A DNA stretch of 46,550 nucleotides. It comes from Spartobacteria bacterium (lineage in GTDB: Bacteria; Verrucomicrobiota; Verrucomicrobiia; Chthoniobacterales; Terrimicrobiaceae). The stretch is from contig CANMQB010000001.1 of assembly GCA_947499885.1 (NCBI GenBank), positions 1 through 46,550 on the forward strand, read 5' to 3'. Made by a program: the position numbers and the translations under genes. The notes under the pieces are model-generated. The model searched no databases, was not told where the DNA came from, and was given only the letters and a program-made list of their open reading frames with translations. The stretch's first letter is position 1; every line of letters begins with the position of its first letter. Positions 14,228 through 23,757 of this stretch are shown here, piece after piece.

Positions 14228-16900
14228 ATGGTTCAATTCCGCATCGGCATTGATCTTGGAACGACAAACTGCGCCTTGGCCTGGGTGCCCGTCGCGTCAG
14301 GCGTGGTGCAAACCAGCGTCCTTTCGATTCCGCAGGCGGAAACGGCCCATTCCTCGGTCGCTCAGCCTACCCTGCCTTCATTTCTTTACCTTCCTCCCGA
14401 AAAGATGGCTTCCTGGTTGGTCGGTCGCCTTGCCCGCACGCGAGCAGCAGAGGTTCCAGGTCGAGTCATTCATTCCGCCAAATCATGGCTTGTGCACCAT
14501 GCTGCCGACCGTCGTGCCAAATTCCTTCCATTGGGTTCCGGTGACATTTTGTCGCAGGACCAGATCAGCCCAGTTGATGCCCTCTCGATCCTCTTGCGAA
14601 CACTTGCCTCGGTGTGGGACATGGCTCATCCGGAGGCTCTCTTGGCCTCGCAGGATTTGGCAATCACGGTTCCTGCTTCCTTCGATCCGGCCGCACAGCA
14701 GCTCACCCTTGAAGCCGCCCGCGAGGCTGGTTTTCCTGATTCCACAATTCTTCTCGAGGAGCCTCAGGCTGCCTTTTACGCCTGGCTGGAAAATGACGTC
14801 GCCGCTGCCGAGGCCATCGGGGGGAGTCAACGGCCATCTCATGTTCTTGTGGTGGATCTCGGCGGTGGTACCACGGATTTGAGTCTTTTCGCGCTTGAGC
14901 CGCGACCCGATTCGCTCTTGCCGAAGCTTCAGCGCATAGCTGTGAGTGATCATTTGTTATTGGGCGGCGACAACCTCGATTTGGCCTTGGCTCATTTTCT
15001 TGAGCAAAAGCTTGCGCCGGGTTCCCAGTTGCCGGCTTCGACTTTTGCCCAACTGCTCGCTCGCTCCCGGGAAATCAAGGAGGATGCGCTTGCGAGAGAG
15101 GATGGAGAGCACAAACAATGGCCTGTTGCTGTTTCCAAAGCCGGCTCCTCGCTCCTTGCTGGAACTCTGCGCGCTGAAGTATCTTCAGAAGAAATCTCAG
15201 CCTTGTTGCTCGAAGGCTTTTTCCCGTCGGTGAGTGCTGGTGAGTATCCCCTGCGTGCGGCTTTAGGGCTCCGAGAAATGGGTCTCCCCTATGCGAAAGA
15301 TCCCGCTGTGACTCGGCATCTCAGCGATTTCCTGCGTGACCGCCCCCGGGTTGACTTTGTTCTCTTCAATGGAGGACTCACCAAAGCCCCAGCAATCCGC
15401 CGGCGTATTCTGGATAACATCGCTCGTTGGCAGCCCGGCCACGTTCCGCAGGTGCTGGAAAATTCCGACCCCGACCTGGCTGTTGCCCGGGGAGCCGCTC
15501 GTTTCCTGCATCTGCGAGCCACGGGTGATGCTGCCCGCATTGAGTCCGGAGCCTCGCACGCGTATTACATCCGTGTTGGGCAGAGTTCTGCCCTTTGTGT
15601 CCTTCCGCAAGGAGCTGCAGCGGAAAAAGACTTCATCGCTGGGCATTCGGACTTGCGTGCTCTTGTCGGCAGGCCCGCTTCATTTGAGCTCCTGCGGAAT
15701 GCCCGTCGCCCGGACGATGCTCCGGGAATGGTTGTTGAAAGCGCTTCGGAGGGTTTTTCGGAACTTCCTCCAGTAGAAACAATCCTTGCCCTTCCATCAA
15801 ATTCAGCGGCTCCGGCCGATCCAAATGTTCGCGTAAAAATTCGTACCCGTCTCCGTGCTACTGGTCTCATGCGCGTCGAGCTCCTTTGTGCAGAACCCGG
15901 TCTTCGCCGTCATGCCCCATGGCCATTGGAATTTTCTCTTCGCGGTCGCAACGGGATGCAAAAAAATCGCTCCGCTGATACCTCGGATGTTGTCACACGC
16001 GCTGGCGAGCAGATTGCCTCACTGCTTGGTCCCTCCCAAAAAGCCCGGCAAAAAATCACCGCCAACGTGGTTTTCACCCTCGGAGAGAAGACTCTTGCCA
16101 CTTCCAAATCGGCTTGGACCGGTGGCATTGTGCGACGCCTTTTCGATATCTGGCTCGAATCCGCACCCCGTCGTATCCAGTCGGCCGCTCATGAAGAGAC
16201 TTGGCTTCACCTTGCGGGTTGGTTGCTTCGTCCTGGATGCGGCATGATGGGCGATGTCGAGCGCGCACTCGCTCTCGCCGATATTCTCGCCTCGCCCTCA
16301 CATTTTTCGAGCGGGGCGGTAAAAATACAACGTTGGATTTGTGCGCGTCGTATTGCTGCCGGTCTCGATGGGCTGCAATCCCAGGTCATCTGGAGTACGG
16401 CTCTTTCAGACTGGCGTGAAGGAAGCCATCCCTCTGCGGAGATCGCTCTTCTTGCCGGCGCCTTGGAATCTCTCCCAATAGAGACTCGGATGCACAGCGC
16501 ACGGCGTTTGACATCCGCGATCTTGGTTCAACCCAACAATCCCGCATACTGGAAAGCACTCGGCCGCCTCCTTTCCAGAGTTCTCTTCCATGCGGGAACA
16601 AATCAGATTCTCCCTCCTGAGATTGTCGAAGAAATTTGGGAAACCTTGCGCGATACGGATCCCGGTGAATCCCTCCGTCCCGAAGCAGCGACCGCATGGC
16701 TGCGTGCCGGTCGGGTCACAGGCTTGCGTTCATTGGATGTCTCCAAGACGATCCGGCACCAGATTGACGCCTTGTTGCGTCGGTGGGAGATTAATGAAGT
16801 CCGCCGGCGTGTGCTTCATGAGACTGTGGCTATGGCCGCCTCTGACCAGGCTGGACTTCTTGGTGAAGCTCCTCCGCCTGGGTTGTCTCTTGAACTCTAA
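14228..16900 (+). CDS. Hsp70-family (actin-fold ATPase) protein with a long non-canonical C-terminal region, about 890 aa
   Basis: The nucleotide-binding domain motifs are IGIDLGTTNCALAWV (phosphate 1), ITVPASFDPAAQQLTLEAAREAGF, VVDLGGGTTDLSLF (phosphate 2) and VLFNGGLTKAPAIRRRI (adenosine). The last ~300-400 aa are helical, with no DnaK-lid or EEVD-like features that I recognise. The ATG at 14228 is preferred over the TTG at 14210. Confidence 0.85.
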   Translation: MVQFRIGIDLGTTNCALAWVPVASGVVQTSVLSIPQAETAHSSVAQPTLPSFLYLPPEKMASWLVGRLARTRAAEVPGRVIHSAKSWLVHHAADRRAKFLPLGSGDILSQDQISPVDALSILLRTLASVWDMAHPEALLASQDLAITVPASFDPAAQQLTLEAAREAGFPDSTILLEEPQAAFYAWLENDVAAAEAIGGSQRPSHVLVVDLGGGTTDLSLFALEPRPDSLLPKLQRIAVSDHLLLGGDNLDLALAHFLEQKLAPGSQLPASTFAQLLARSREIKEDALAREDGEHKQWPVAVSKAGSSLLAGTLRAEVSSEEISALLLEGFFPSVSAGEYPLRAALGLREMGLPYAKDPAVTRHLSDFLRDRPRVDFVLFNGGLTKAPAIRRRILDNIARWQPGHVPQVLENSDPDLAVARGAARFLHLRATGDAARIESGASHAYYIRVGQSSALCVLPQGAAAEKDFIAGHSDLRALVGRPASFELLRNARRPDDAPGMVVESASEGFSELPPVETILALPSNSAAPADPNVRVKIRTRLRATGLMRVELLCAEPGLRRHAPWPLEFSLRGRNGMQKNRSADTSDVVTRAGEQIASLLGPSQKARQKITANVVFTLGEKTLATSKSAWTGGIVRRLFDIWLESAPRRIQSAAHEETWLHLAGWLLRPGCGMMGDVERALALADILASPSHFSSGAVKIQRWICARRIAAGLDGLQSQVIWSTALSDWREGSHPSAEIALLAGALESLPIETRMHSARRLTSAILVQPNNPAYWKALGRLLSRVLFHAGTNQILPPEIVEEIWETLRDTDPGESLRPEAATAWLRAGRVTGLRSLDVSKTIRHQIDALLRRWEINEVRRRVLHETVAMAASDQAGLLGEAPPPGLSLEL

Positions 16901-16931
16901 GGTGGTTTGGATCACAACGCTGCCCTTTAAT

Positions 16932-18191
16932 ATGAAAACATCAGGTCTCTTTCAATTGCAGGGAGTCGTTCAGCACTATGATTGGGGAGGGTTTGATTTT
17001 ATTCCCGCGCTGCTTGGGCAACCTCACCCCTCGTCCGTCGCCTGCGCCGAACTTTGGCTAGGAGCCCACTCTGGTGGGCCGGCCATCGTTGATTCGCCAG
17101 ATGGGCCTATTTCCTTGGCTGATCTGGTGCGCGAAGCTCCAAGTCACGTCCTTGGAGATACAGTCGCCTTGCGCTTTGACAGCCTTCTCCCGTATTTATT
17201 CAAGATTCTCGATGCTCGGAAGATGCTCTCGATACAAGCACACCCGACCATCGCTCAGGCCCGTGCAGGATTTGAAAGGGAAGAATCTGCAGGAGTTCCC
17301 CTCACGGCATCAGTCCGCAATTACAAAGACAAAAACCACAAACCTGAGGTGCACGTGGCACTCACCGACTTTTGGATGCTGCATGGATTTCGCCCTTTGG
17401 AAAAAATGGCGGAGAGTCTCAGAAAAATCCCCGAATTGCGGTCTCTGATGCCGGACTTTGATGCTCGTCTATCCGTTGCTGGCAAAACCCCCGCCTTGCG
17501 ATCGGATCTTCTGAGGAATCTCTACGAGCGAGCCATGACAATGTCTCAAGCAGAGGTGGACGAGCTTTTAAATCCTCTGATCAAGCGCCTCGAAAGCCAG
17601 ATGCCACGCGACAAGAATGAGCCGGATTTCTGGGCTGCTCGCGCCGCCCGCGAGTTCCCACTTCCTGACGGGCATCGCGACCGGGGTATTTTTTCGATCT
17701 ATTTGCTCAACCTTGTGCGTCTGCATCCCGGTGAGGCTACGTACCAATCGGCAGGGACTCTGCACGCTTACCTGGAGGGGACAAACGTGGAGCTAATGGC
17801 CAATTCCGACAACGTGCTACGTGGTGGCCTGACTCCAAAAAATATCGATGTTCCCGAGTTGATGCGAGTCGTTCGTTTTAACGAAGGCGTGGTTGATGTC
17901 ATTCGCGGAAATGATTCAGGCAACGGCGAGACCGTTTTTCCAACCCCTGCGGAGGAATTTGAGTTGAGCCGCATCCATTGCCGGGAAGAGCAAATCTATC
18001 GCTCAGGCAAACGCTCTGGACCTGATACTCTCATTGTGATGAACGGTGAGGTCACTGCAGAGGCAGGTGGCGAAAAACTTCACTTGAGTCGGGGAGAATG
18101 CCTTTTTGTCACGCAAGACACAGATTACACACTCACGGGCGAAAGTCAGGATGCAGTCGTTTTCAAAGCCTCTCTGCCGTCTGCGAAATGA
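16932..18191 (+). CDS. manA: Mannose-6-phosphate isomerase, class I
   Basis: The N-terminal motif is YDWGG...ELWLGAHSGGPA, with SIQAHP and HAYLEG (metal ligands). The ATG at 16932 is used. The upstream part of the 533-aa ORF overlaps the Hsp70-like gene out of frame. Confidence 0.9.
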   Translation: MKTSGLFQLQGVVQHYDWGGFDFIPALLGQPHPSSVACAELWLGAHSGGPAIVDSPDGPISLADLVREAPSHVLGDTVALRFDSLLPYLFKILDARKMLSIQAHPTIAQARAGFEREESAGVPLTASVRNYKDKNHKPEVHVALTDFWMLHGFRPLEKMAESLRKIPELRSLMPDFDARLSVAGKTPALRSDLLRNLYERAMTMSQAEVDELLNPLIKRLESQMPRDKNEPDFWAARAAREFPLPDGHRDRGIFSIYLLNLVRLHPGEATYQSAGTLHAYLEGTNVELMANSDNVLRGGLTPKNIDVPELMRVVRFNEGVVDVIRGNDSGNGETVFPTPAEEFELSRIHCREEQIYRSGKRSGPDTLIVMNGEVTAEAGGEKLHLSRGECLFVTQDTDYTLTGESQDAVVFKASLPSAK

Positions 18192-18216
18192 TGAGACCTG
18201 CTGGGTTCGCTGAATC

Positions 18217-18819
18217 TCAAGCGGACTCGGCAGCTAGGGAGAGCATTTCAAGGAGCAGCGCCATGCGTGAATCGAGTTCGACTGTTTCGAAAAGGGCCCG
18301 TCGGTGTGATGGGTCTGAGATGAGGGTAGAGGCGATGAGGTCGGTGAAAGCTGAATCTGAAATCGACGACTGGAGGTAGGACTCAAAGTTGGGTGGAGTC
18401 TCCTGCCCATCACTGAGAAGCTCCTGGCAAGTTCTGAGGATACGCGAACGCATCTCTGCTAGGTCGTTTGCTTCATTGCCATCGCGGAGAATTCTGATGC
18501 CTGCACGCGGGCGTGGTGTGATTTGGACATCTGATAATTCAACGCGCGAGAGACCTTGGAGGATCAGATTTAAGGTGCCATCCGTGTTGGAGACGCACGC
18601 GCGGATGATGCCCAGGCCAGCGACCGCGGCTACGTTGGTGTCATCGTAGGAATGGGCAATGGCAAACATCCGGTTCCCGGCCAGAGCCTGAGTGGTCATG
18701 TCACGATATCGGGGCTCGAAGATGTAGAGAGGCAGCAGAGCGCCTGGAAAAAGACACACCCAAGGTAGGATCATGATATCTGTCTGATCAGGAAAATCGG
18801 ATGTTTCGAGAGTGTCCAC
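18217..18819 (-). CDS. LON N-terminal (substrate-binding) domain protein
   Basis: LPWVCLFPGALLPLYIFEPRYRDM is the hallmark start of the Lon N-domain family, and there is no AAA+ or protease domain. The start is either GTG 18819 or ATG 18774. Confidence 0.8.
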   Translation of the reverse strand: MDTLETSDFPDQTDIMILPWVCLFPGALLPLYIFEPRYRDMTTQALAGNRMFAIAHSYDDTNVAAVAGLGIIRACVSNTDGTLNLILQGLSRVELSDVQITPRPRAGIRILRDGNEANDLAEMRSRILRTCQELLSDGQETPPNFESYLQSSISDSAFTDLIASTLISDPSHRRALFETVELDSRMALLLEMLSLAAESA

Positions 18820-18864
18820 TACTAATACTTACGAATTACCGATGTGAGTGGGTGCAAAAAATCT

Positions 18865-19803
18865 CTAAAAAACTCTCGGGGTTCCTTCCTCAAGGAGGCA
18901 CACGCTGTCAAGGATGCGGCGTTCCGCGGCGTGTCGGATGAGCCTCTCGGGCGGCTCATGGAGGGCTTCATAGCTCAGGCGGAAAGTTCCAAAATGCATA
19001 GGAACGAGGGTTTTGGCCTGAAGTTGGAAAAAAGCTTCAATGGCTTCTTCGGGGTTCATATGGACATCGCGCTTGGTGGGGGCGTCGTAGGCTCCAATGG
19101 GGAGGAGGGCAATTTCCACCGGGAGGCGCTCCCCGATTTCCTTAAATCCTTCAAAGTAGGCGCTGTCGCCGCAGTGGAAAACCGAGCGCCCCGCATATGC
19201 GATGTGGAACCCGCCGAAGCCGCGATGCGTGTCGTGCAGGACTCTTGCGCCCCAATGCCGCGCTGGCGTGAGCGTGACACGAAGATTGCCGAGCTCAAAA
19301 GATTCCCAGTGTTTTAATTCCTGCACTTGGTTGAAACCAAGACCATGAACCAGACCGCCAACATGCTCCGGAACCAGAATTGCTTGATCGCTAGCCACGG
19401 CGCGGAGCGTTTTGCGGTCCAAATGGTCGAAGTGAGCGTGTGTGACCAGCACAAGGTCGATGGAAGGCAGGTCGTGGATTTCCATACCAGGCTGCTTGAT
19501 GCGTTTGATGACTTTGAGCCACTTGGCCCAATTGGGATCAATCAGAATGCTGTGCTCGGGCGTCTGAACTAGGAAAGAGGCATGACCGATCCATGTGATG
19601 CAGATTTGTCCCTGCTGGAGTTCAGGAAAAACGGGCTTGGCGCGACGCCCTTGGGGTTTGGTGAAGAATGAGGGGATAATGACCTCGGCGAGGAAATTTC
19701 TTTTATGCCATCCGCTTCCGAGTTTCATGTCGACATGGTTCTCGGGCTTGCGTCTTGCGGAGATTTTTCTCTCGATGAACTTCCGAACCATGCCTAAGAC
19801 CAT
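18865..19803 (-). CDS. MBL-fold metallo-hydrolase (NAPE-PLD-like / beta-lactamase superfamily)
   Basis: The HxHxDH motif VTHAHFDHLD is present, along with ITWIGHASFLV and downstream His/Asp ligands. Confidence 0.85.
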   Translation of the reverse strand: MVLGMVRKFIERKISARRKPENHVDMKLGSGWHKRNFLAEVIIPSFFTKPQGRRAKPVFPELQQGQICITWIGHASFLVQTPEHSILIDPNWAKWLKVIKRIKQPGMEIHDLPSIDLVLVTHAHFDHLDRKTLRAVASDQAILVPEHVGGLVHGLGFNQVQELKHWESFELGNLRVTLTPARHWGARVLHDTHRGFGGFHIAYAGRSVFHCGDSAYFEGFKEIGERLPVEIALLPIGAYDAPTKRDVHMNPEEAIEAFFQLQAKTLVPMHFGTFRLSYEALHEPPERLIRHAAERRILDSVCLLEEGTPRVF

Positions 19804-19808
19804 ACTCG

Positions 19809-20426
19809 ATGATCGCGGAACAAAAGCAAAGCCTACGCGTCGAGGCTCGGCGTTTTTTAGCTCGTGTGGATGTCAATGCTCGGCGGTTACGGAGCGAAAA
19901 ACTTCTTTTAGAAATCGGGCGCTGGAAGGCTTGGGCTGCGGCTCGTTCCATCTGCGCATTCAGTGCGCTGCCCGCCGAACCCGATATCCTGAATCCGTGG
20001 CCCGTCGGAAAAAAAATTATCCTGCCGCGAGTCGTGGGGTCCACCGTGGCGCTTCATTTTGTTGAGCACATTGATGAACTGGTGTCTGGGAGTTTTGGTA
20101 TTCTTGAGCCACCCGCTCATCTCCCCGAGTCCGAGCCTCGAGCCGATTTAATTCTCGTTCCCGGCTTGGCCTTTGACCGCTCTGGAGCTCGCCTAGGAAG
20201 GGGAGGGGGATATTATGATCGATTGCTCACGAAGTTCCACGGCGTTCGCGTCGGGGTGTGTTTTGAGGAGGTTGTTTTCGAGGCTCTCCCTGTGGAGGAC
20301 CACGATGTGCGTATGGATTTTCTGGTTACGCCAAGCGGCGTGATTTCCTGCGACCCGCAAAGTAGGCTTTCAGGCTCGGGCGAGTCAGGATTTCTGCAGG
20401 TTCCTCCGAGAGGCCTCCAGCTTTGA
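19809..20426 (+). CDS. 5-formyltetrahydrofolate cyclo-ligase
   Basis: ILVPGLAFDRSGARLGRGGGYYDR is the family signature. About 25 C-terminal residues lie beyond the usual domain end and overlap the convergent gene. Confidence 0.85.
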   Translation: MIAEQKQSLRVEARRFLARVDVNARRLRSEKLLLEIGRWKAWAAARSICAFSALPAEPDILNPWPVGKKIILPRVVGSTVALHFVEHIDELVSGSFGILEPPAHLPESEPRADLILVPGLAFDRSGARLGRGGGYYDRLLTKFHGVRVGVCFEEVVFEALPVEDHDVRMDFLVTPSGVISCDPQSRLSGSGESGFLQVPPRGLQL

Positions 20427-20934
20427 TCAGATGCCGGAGCAGTACGAGAGAGGCGATCGCATCGGACGCGGCATCGTGCCAGCGAAATCCGCGAAATTCG
20501 ATCTCATCATGTAAGCCAAGAGCTGCAACCGCCTCGCCCAGGGCATGGGATGGGAGTGAGGGGTAAAGGGCTCTGGTGAGGGGCAGTGTATCCACCCAAG
20601 GGCCAAATCCATGGAAGGGAAAGATGTTCAGAAAACGTTTTTCTGTGGAGGCGCCATGGGCAACGATCCAGCGACCCTCGAGGGATGCTTTGACGCTAGG
20701 CCAGAGATCGACAAGGAGGGGTGCACTTTTGAGTTGCACATCGGAGATGCCATGAACCTGTTGGGCGGCCCATGTGACTGGTCGCGAGGGGCGAAGATGA
20801 GAGTTTAAAACGACGACCTCCTTTTCCTGGCTGCAATGAACGATTGCAATTTGGACAGGTTCGTCAGTGAGACCGGGCGCCGTGCCCGCGCTCTCAAAAT
20901 CGATCGCGGCAAACGGGGCGTCCGAGACTTTCAT
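20326..20934 (-). CDS. DEDDh 3'-5' exonuclease (DnaQ / epsilon-like domain)
   Basis: Exo I is AIDFES, Exo II is VAHGASTEKRFL and Exo III is HDAASDA. Confidence 0.82.
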   Translation of the reverse strand: MKVSDAPFAAIDFESAGTAPGLTDEPVQIAIVHCSQEKEVVVLNSHLRPSRPVTWAAQQVHGISDVQLKSAPLLVDLWPSVKASLEGRWIVAHGASTEKRFLNIFPFHGFGPWVDTLPLTRALYPSLPSHALGEAVAALGLHDEIEFRGFRWHDAASDAIASLVLLRHLIKAGGLSEEPAEILTRPSLKAYFAGRRKSRRLA

Positions 20935-20993
20935 GCTTTCAAATGGATATCAAAAAAACTGCAAAGCAGAGAGGCCGGGTCGGTTGATCCACT

Positions 20994-22112
20994 TCACCTT
21001 TGGCGAAGGAGTGCAGCCGTTGTTTCCCAGTCCATGCAAGAATCGGTAATCGAGACTCCGTATTCAAGGGCGGTTGGGTCGTTGCCGAGTGCTTGGCTGC
21101 CAAAGTGGATGTGGCTTTCCAACATGGCTCCGATGATTCCGCTCCCTCCGGTGGCTCGCTGCGTATTAAGGCTTTGCCACACTTCAGGCTGGCGCCTGGG
21201 ATCTTTTCCAGAATTGGCATGGCTGCAGTCAACCATGAGAGCTGGTTGCAAACCCGACTTGCGAAGGGCTTCGCGGGCCTTAAGGATATCGCCCTCGCTG
21301 TAATTCGGGCCATTTCTCCCGCCTCGTAGAACGACGTGGCTATCGGGATTTCCTGCCGTTTTGATGATGCTGGTTGCCCCGTCCTGATCGATGCCCAGAA
21401 AACTATGCGGCGTGCGGGAAGAGCTCATGGCGTCAATGGCGGTTTGCACGCTGCCATCAGTGGCATTTTTGAAACCCACTGGCATGGAAAGCCCGCTAGC
21501 CATCTCTCGATGGGTCTGTGACTCCGTTGTGCGGGCTCCTATGGCTGCCCAGCTGATGAGATCCGCGATGTATTGAGGCACAATGGGGTCGAGAAACTCA
21601 GTCGCCGTCGGGAGCCCAAGATCGAGGATGTCGAGGAGGAGTTTGCGGGCCAGACTTAGGCCGGAGCTGATGTCAAACGACTCATCGAGGTGAGGATCAT
21701 TTATCAGACCTTTCCAGCCAATCGTTGTGCGAGGTTTTTCAAAATACACCCGCATGATAATCAGGAGGCGGTCCTCAACCTCACGACTCAAGTCCGCAAG
21801 GCGCTTGGCATATTCGAGTGCTGAAACGGGGTCGTGGATTGAGCAGGGCCCGACAATCACGAGCATGCGGTCGTCATGGCCAGCGAGAATCGCGCGGGAG
21901 GCGGTCCGTGCCCCGCTGACAAGGCGCAAGTGGGCCTCGCTTGCGGGGAAGCGTTCTTTGATCTGCCCAGGAGTGATGAGACGAGTCACGCCTGCCACCC
22001 GCAGATTATCTACCATAACGTTTCCCCCTGCTTGTCGAATTTCCAAATCTGTCATCTTTAAAAAAGAAAAGACCATCCCCCAAACTGGGTGTCCATGCAA
22101 ATTCCAATTCAC
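20994..22112 (-). CDS. aroG: 3-deoxy-7-phosphoheptulonate (DAHP) synthase, class I (AroF/G/H type)
   Basis: It aligns along its length with E. coli AroG as I recall that sequence: [46 protein letters not shown] and CSHANS. The start is uncertain: GTG 22112, or ATG 22055 or 22076. Which isozyme it is cannot be told. Confidence 0.9.
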   Translation of the reverse strand: MNWNLHGHPVWGMVFSFLKMTDLEIRQAGGNVMVDNLRVAGVTRLITPGQIKERFPASEAHLRLVSGARTASRAILAGHDDRMLVIVGPCSIHDPVSALEYAKRLADLSREVEDRLLIIMRVYFEKPRTTIGWKGLINDPHLDESFDISSGLSLARKLLLDILDLGLPTATEFLDPIVPQYIADLISWAAIGARTTESQTHREMASGLSMPVGFKNATDGSVQTAIDAMSSSRTPHSFLGIDQDGATSIIKTAGNPDSHVVLRGGRNGPNYSEGDILKAREALRKSGLQPALMVDCSHANSGKDPRRQPEVWQSLNTQRATGGSGIIGAMLESHIHFGSQALGNDPTALEYGVSITDSCMDWETTAALLRQR

Positions 22113-22164
22113 TCAGGCCCTTGATACCGGCCGCAACAGTGATGCTATGAGAAAAGTTTTCGAA

Positions 22165-23757
22165 TCAGATGCGCCTCATCACCGTGTCACGTTGAAAACG
22201 TGCATCGTCTCGGTCGGGGTAATCGAGGGTGTAGTGGAGACCTCGGCTTTCTTTGCGACTCAGCGCGCAGTCCACAACGAGGGAGGCAACGGTCACCAAA
22301 TTTCGCAGCTCGAGGAGGTCTGTGGTGACCTTGAAATTCCAGTAAAACTCCTGCACTTCGGCGTGGAGATTTCTGAGCCGTGTGGCGGCTCGTTGCAGGC
22401 GTTTATCGGTGCGGACGATTCCGACATAGTCCCACATGAGACGGCGAATTTCTTCCCAGTTGTGAGAAATGACAACGAGCTCGTCAACATCCTGAACACT
22501 TCCCGAGCGCCATTCTGTGAGGTCAATAGAGACAGGGGTGCGCTGTCGGCGGGTGGCTTTTTCAAAAGCATTATGCGCCATGACCACGCCCTCGAGAAGG
22601 GAGTTGCTGGCAAGGCGATTGGCTCCGTGCAGGCCGGTAGCAGCGACTTCACCGATGGCATAGAGTCCTCGCAAAGAGGTTTCGCCGTGCAGATCGGTCT
22701 TCACCCCGCCGCATTGGTAGTGTGCTGCGGGAACAACCGGGATCTGCTCGCGCGTGATGTCGAGTCCCGCACGGAGGCAGGTTTCGTAGATAGATGGAAA
22801 GCGGGATTTGATGAAATCCGCGGGTTTGTGGGTGATGTCTAGGTACACGCACTTGGCCCCGCTTCGTTTCATTTCCGCATCGATGGCCCGGGCGACAATG
22901 TCGCGTGGGGCGAGTTCCTTCTGAGGATTGTGGTGCTCCATGAAGCGCCGACCGCGCCCGTTGATGAGGATGGCTCCTTCTCCACGAACTGCCTCGGAAA
23001 TCAGGAAAGAGTTGATGGCCGGATGGTAAAGACATGTGGGGTGAAACTGGATGAACTCCATGTTGGCAATCGCCGCACCCGCTCTCCAAGCCATAGCCAC
23101 TCCGTCACCGGTGGCGATATCCGGGTTTGTCGTGTAAAGATAGACCTTGCCGCAGCCGCCTGTGGCTAGAACGGTCACGTCGCTGCGCAGAGTTTCCACG
23201 ACGCCTGTGGCTTCGTTTAAAACATAAACTCCGACACAGCTGTTTTCCATTGCGTAGCCGAGTTTGCCAGTGGTGATGAAATCTACGGCCATGTGGTTTT
23301 CCATGACGTCGATACTCGGATGCGAGGCGATTTGCGCGATCAAGGCGCTCTCGATTTCGCGTCCGGTTGTGTCTCTAAAATGAAGAATGCGGCGTTTGGA
23401 ATGCCCCCCTTCGCGTCCGAGATCGAGTTCATTTTGACCATTTTCGTTCTCCCGTTGGTCGAAGTGAACGCCAAGCTGCACAAGCTCGGCGATTCGTTCA
23501 GGACCTTCGGTGATGATTTTTCGCACGGCGTCCTCGTGGCACAAGCCCGCTCCGGCATCTAGCGTGTCGCGAATGTGGAGTTCAAAAGAATCCTCGTCGC
23601 TCATCACACATGCCACTCCCCCCTGTGCCCATGCGGTGTTCGAGTCAGAGAGATTGCGTTTGGTGATGAGTGCAACGCGGCCTTTTTCTGCCGCCTTGAG
23701 TGCGAATGAAAGGCCGGCTATGCCGCTTCCGAGGACGATAAAATCGAATTCTTTCAT
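22165..23757 (-). CDS. nadB: L-aspartate oxidase
   Basis: The FAD dinucleotide fold is FDFIVLGSGIAGLSFA, with further matches at ATGGCGKVY, FHPT and GLYAIGEVAATGLHGANRLASNSLLE. There is an ATGA overlap with the panC stop. Confidence 0.96.
   Translation of the reverse strand: MKEFDFIVLGSGIAGLSFALKAAEKGRVALITKRNLSDSNTAWAQGGVACVMSDEDSFELHIRDTLDAGAGLCHEDAVRKIITEGPERIAELVQLGVHFDQRENENGQNELDLGREGGHSKRRILHFRDTTGREIESALIAQIASHPSIDVMENHMAVDFITTGKLGYAMENSCVGVYVLNEATGVVETLRSDVTVLATGGCGKVYLYTTNPDIATGDGVAMAWRAGAAIANMEFIQFHPTCLYHPAINSFLISEAVRGEGAILINGRGRRFMEHHNPQKELAPRDIVARAIDAEMKRSGAKCVYLDITHKPADFIKSRFPSIYETCLRAGLDITREQIPVVPAAHYQCGGVKTDLHGETSLRGLYAIGEVAATGLHGANRLASNSLLEGVVMAHNAFEKATRRQRTPVSIDLTEWRSGSVQDVDELVVISHNWEEIRRLMWDYVGIVRTDKRLQRAATRLRNLHAEVQEFYWNFKVTTDLLELRNLVTVASLVVDCALSRKESRGLHYTLDYPDRDDARFQRDTVMRRI

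Noticed and set aside
14250-14882. 210-aa ORF in an alternative frame inside the Hsp70-like gene, plus several similar ORFs from 15263 to 16697 on both strands.
   Set aside because: These are out-of-frame or antisense overlaps of a gene with clear Hsp70 motifs. Their Arg/Pro/Ser-rich composition is typical of wrong-frame translation in moderately GC-rich DNA.
21727-22842. 371-aa ORF on the plus strand.
   Set aside because: It spans the 5' end of the DAHP synthase gene, the intergenic gap and the 3' part of nadB on the opposite strand. Both minus-strand genes have unambiguous family motifs, so this is an antisense shadow ORF.
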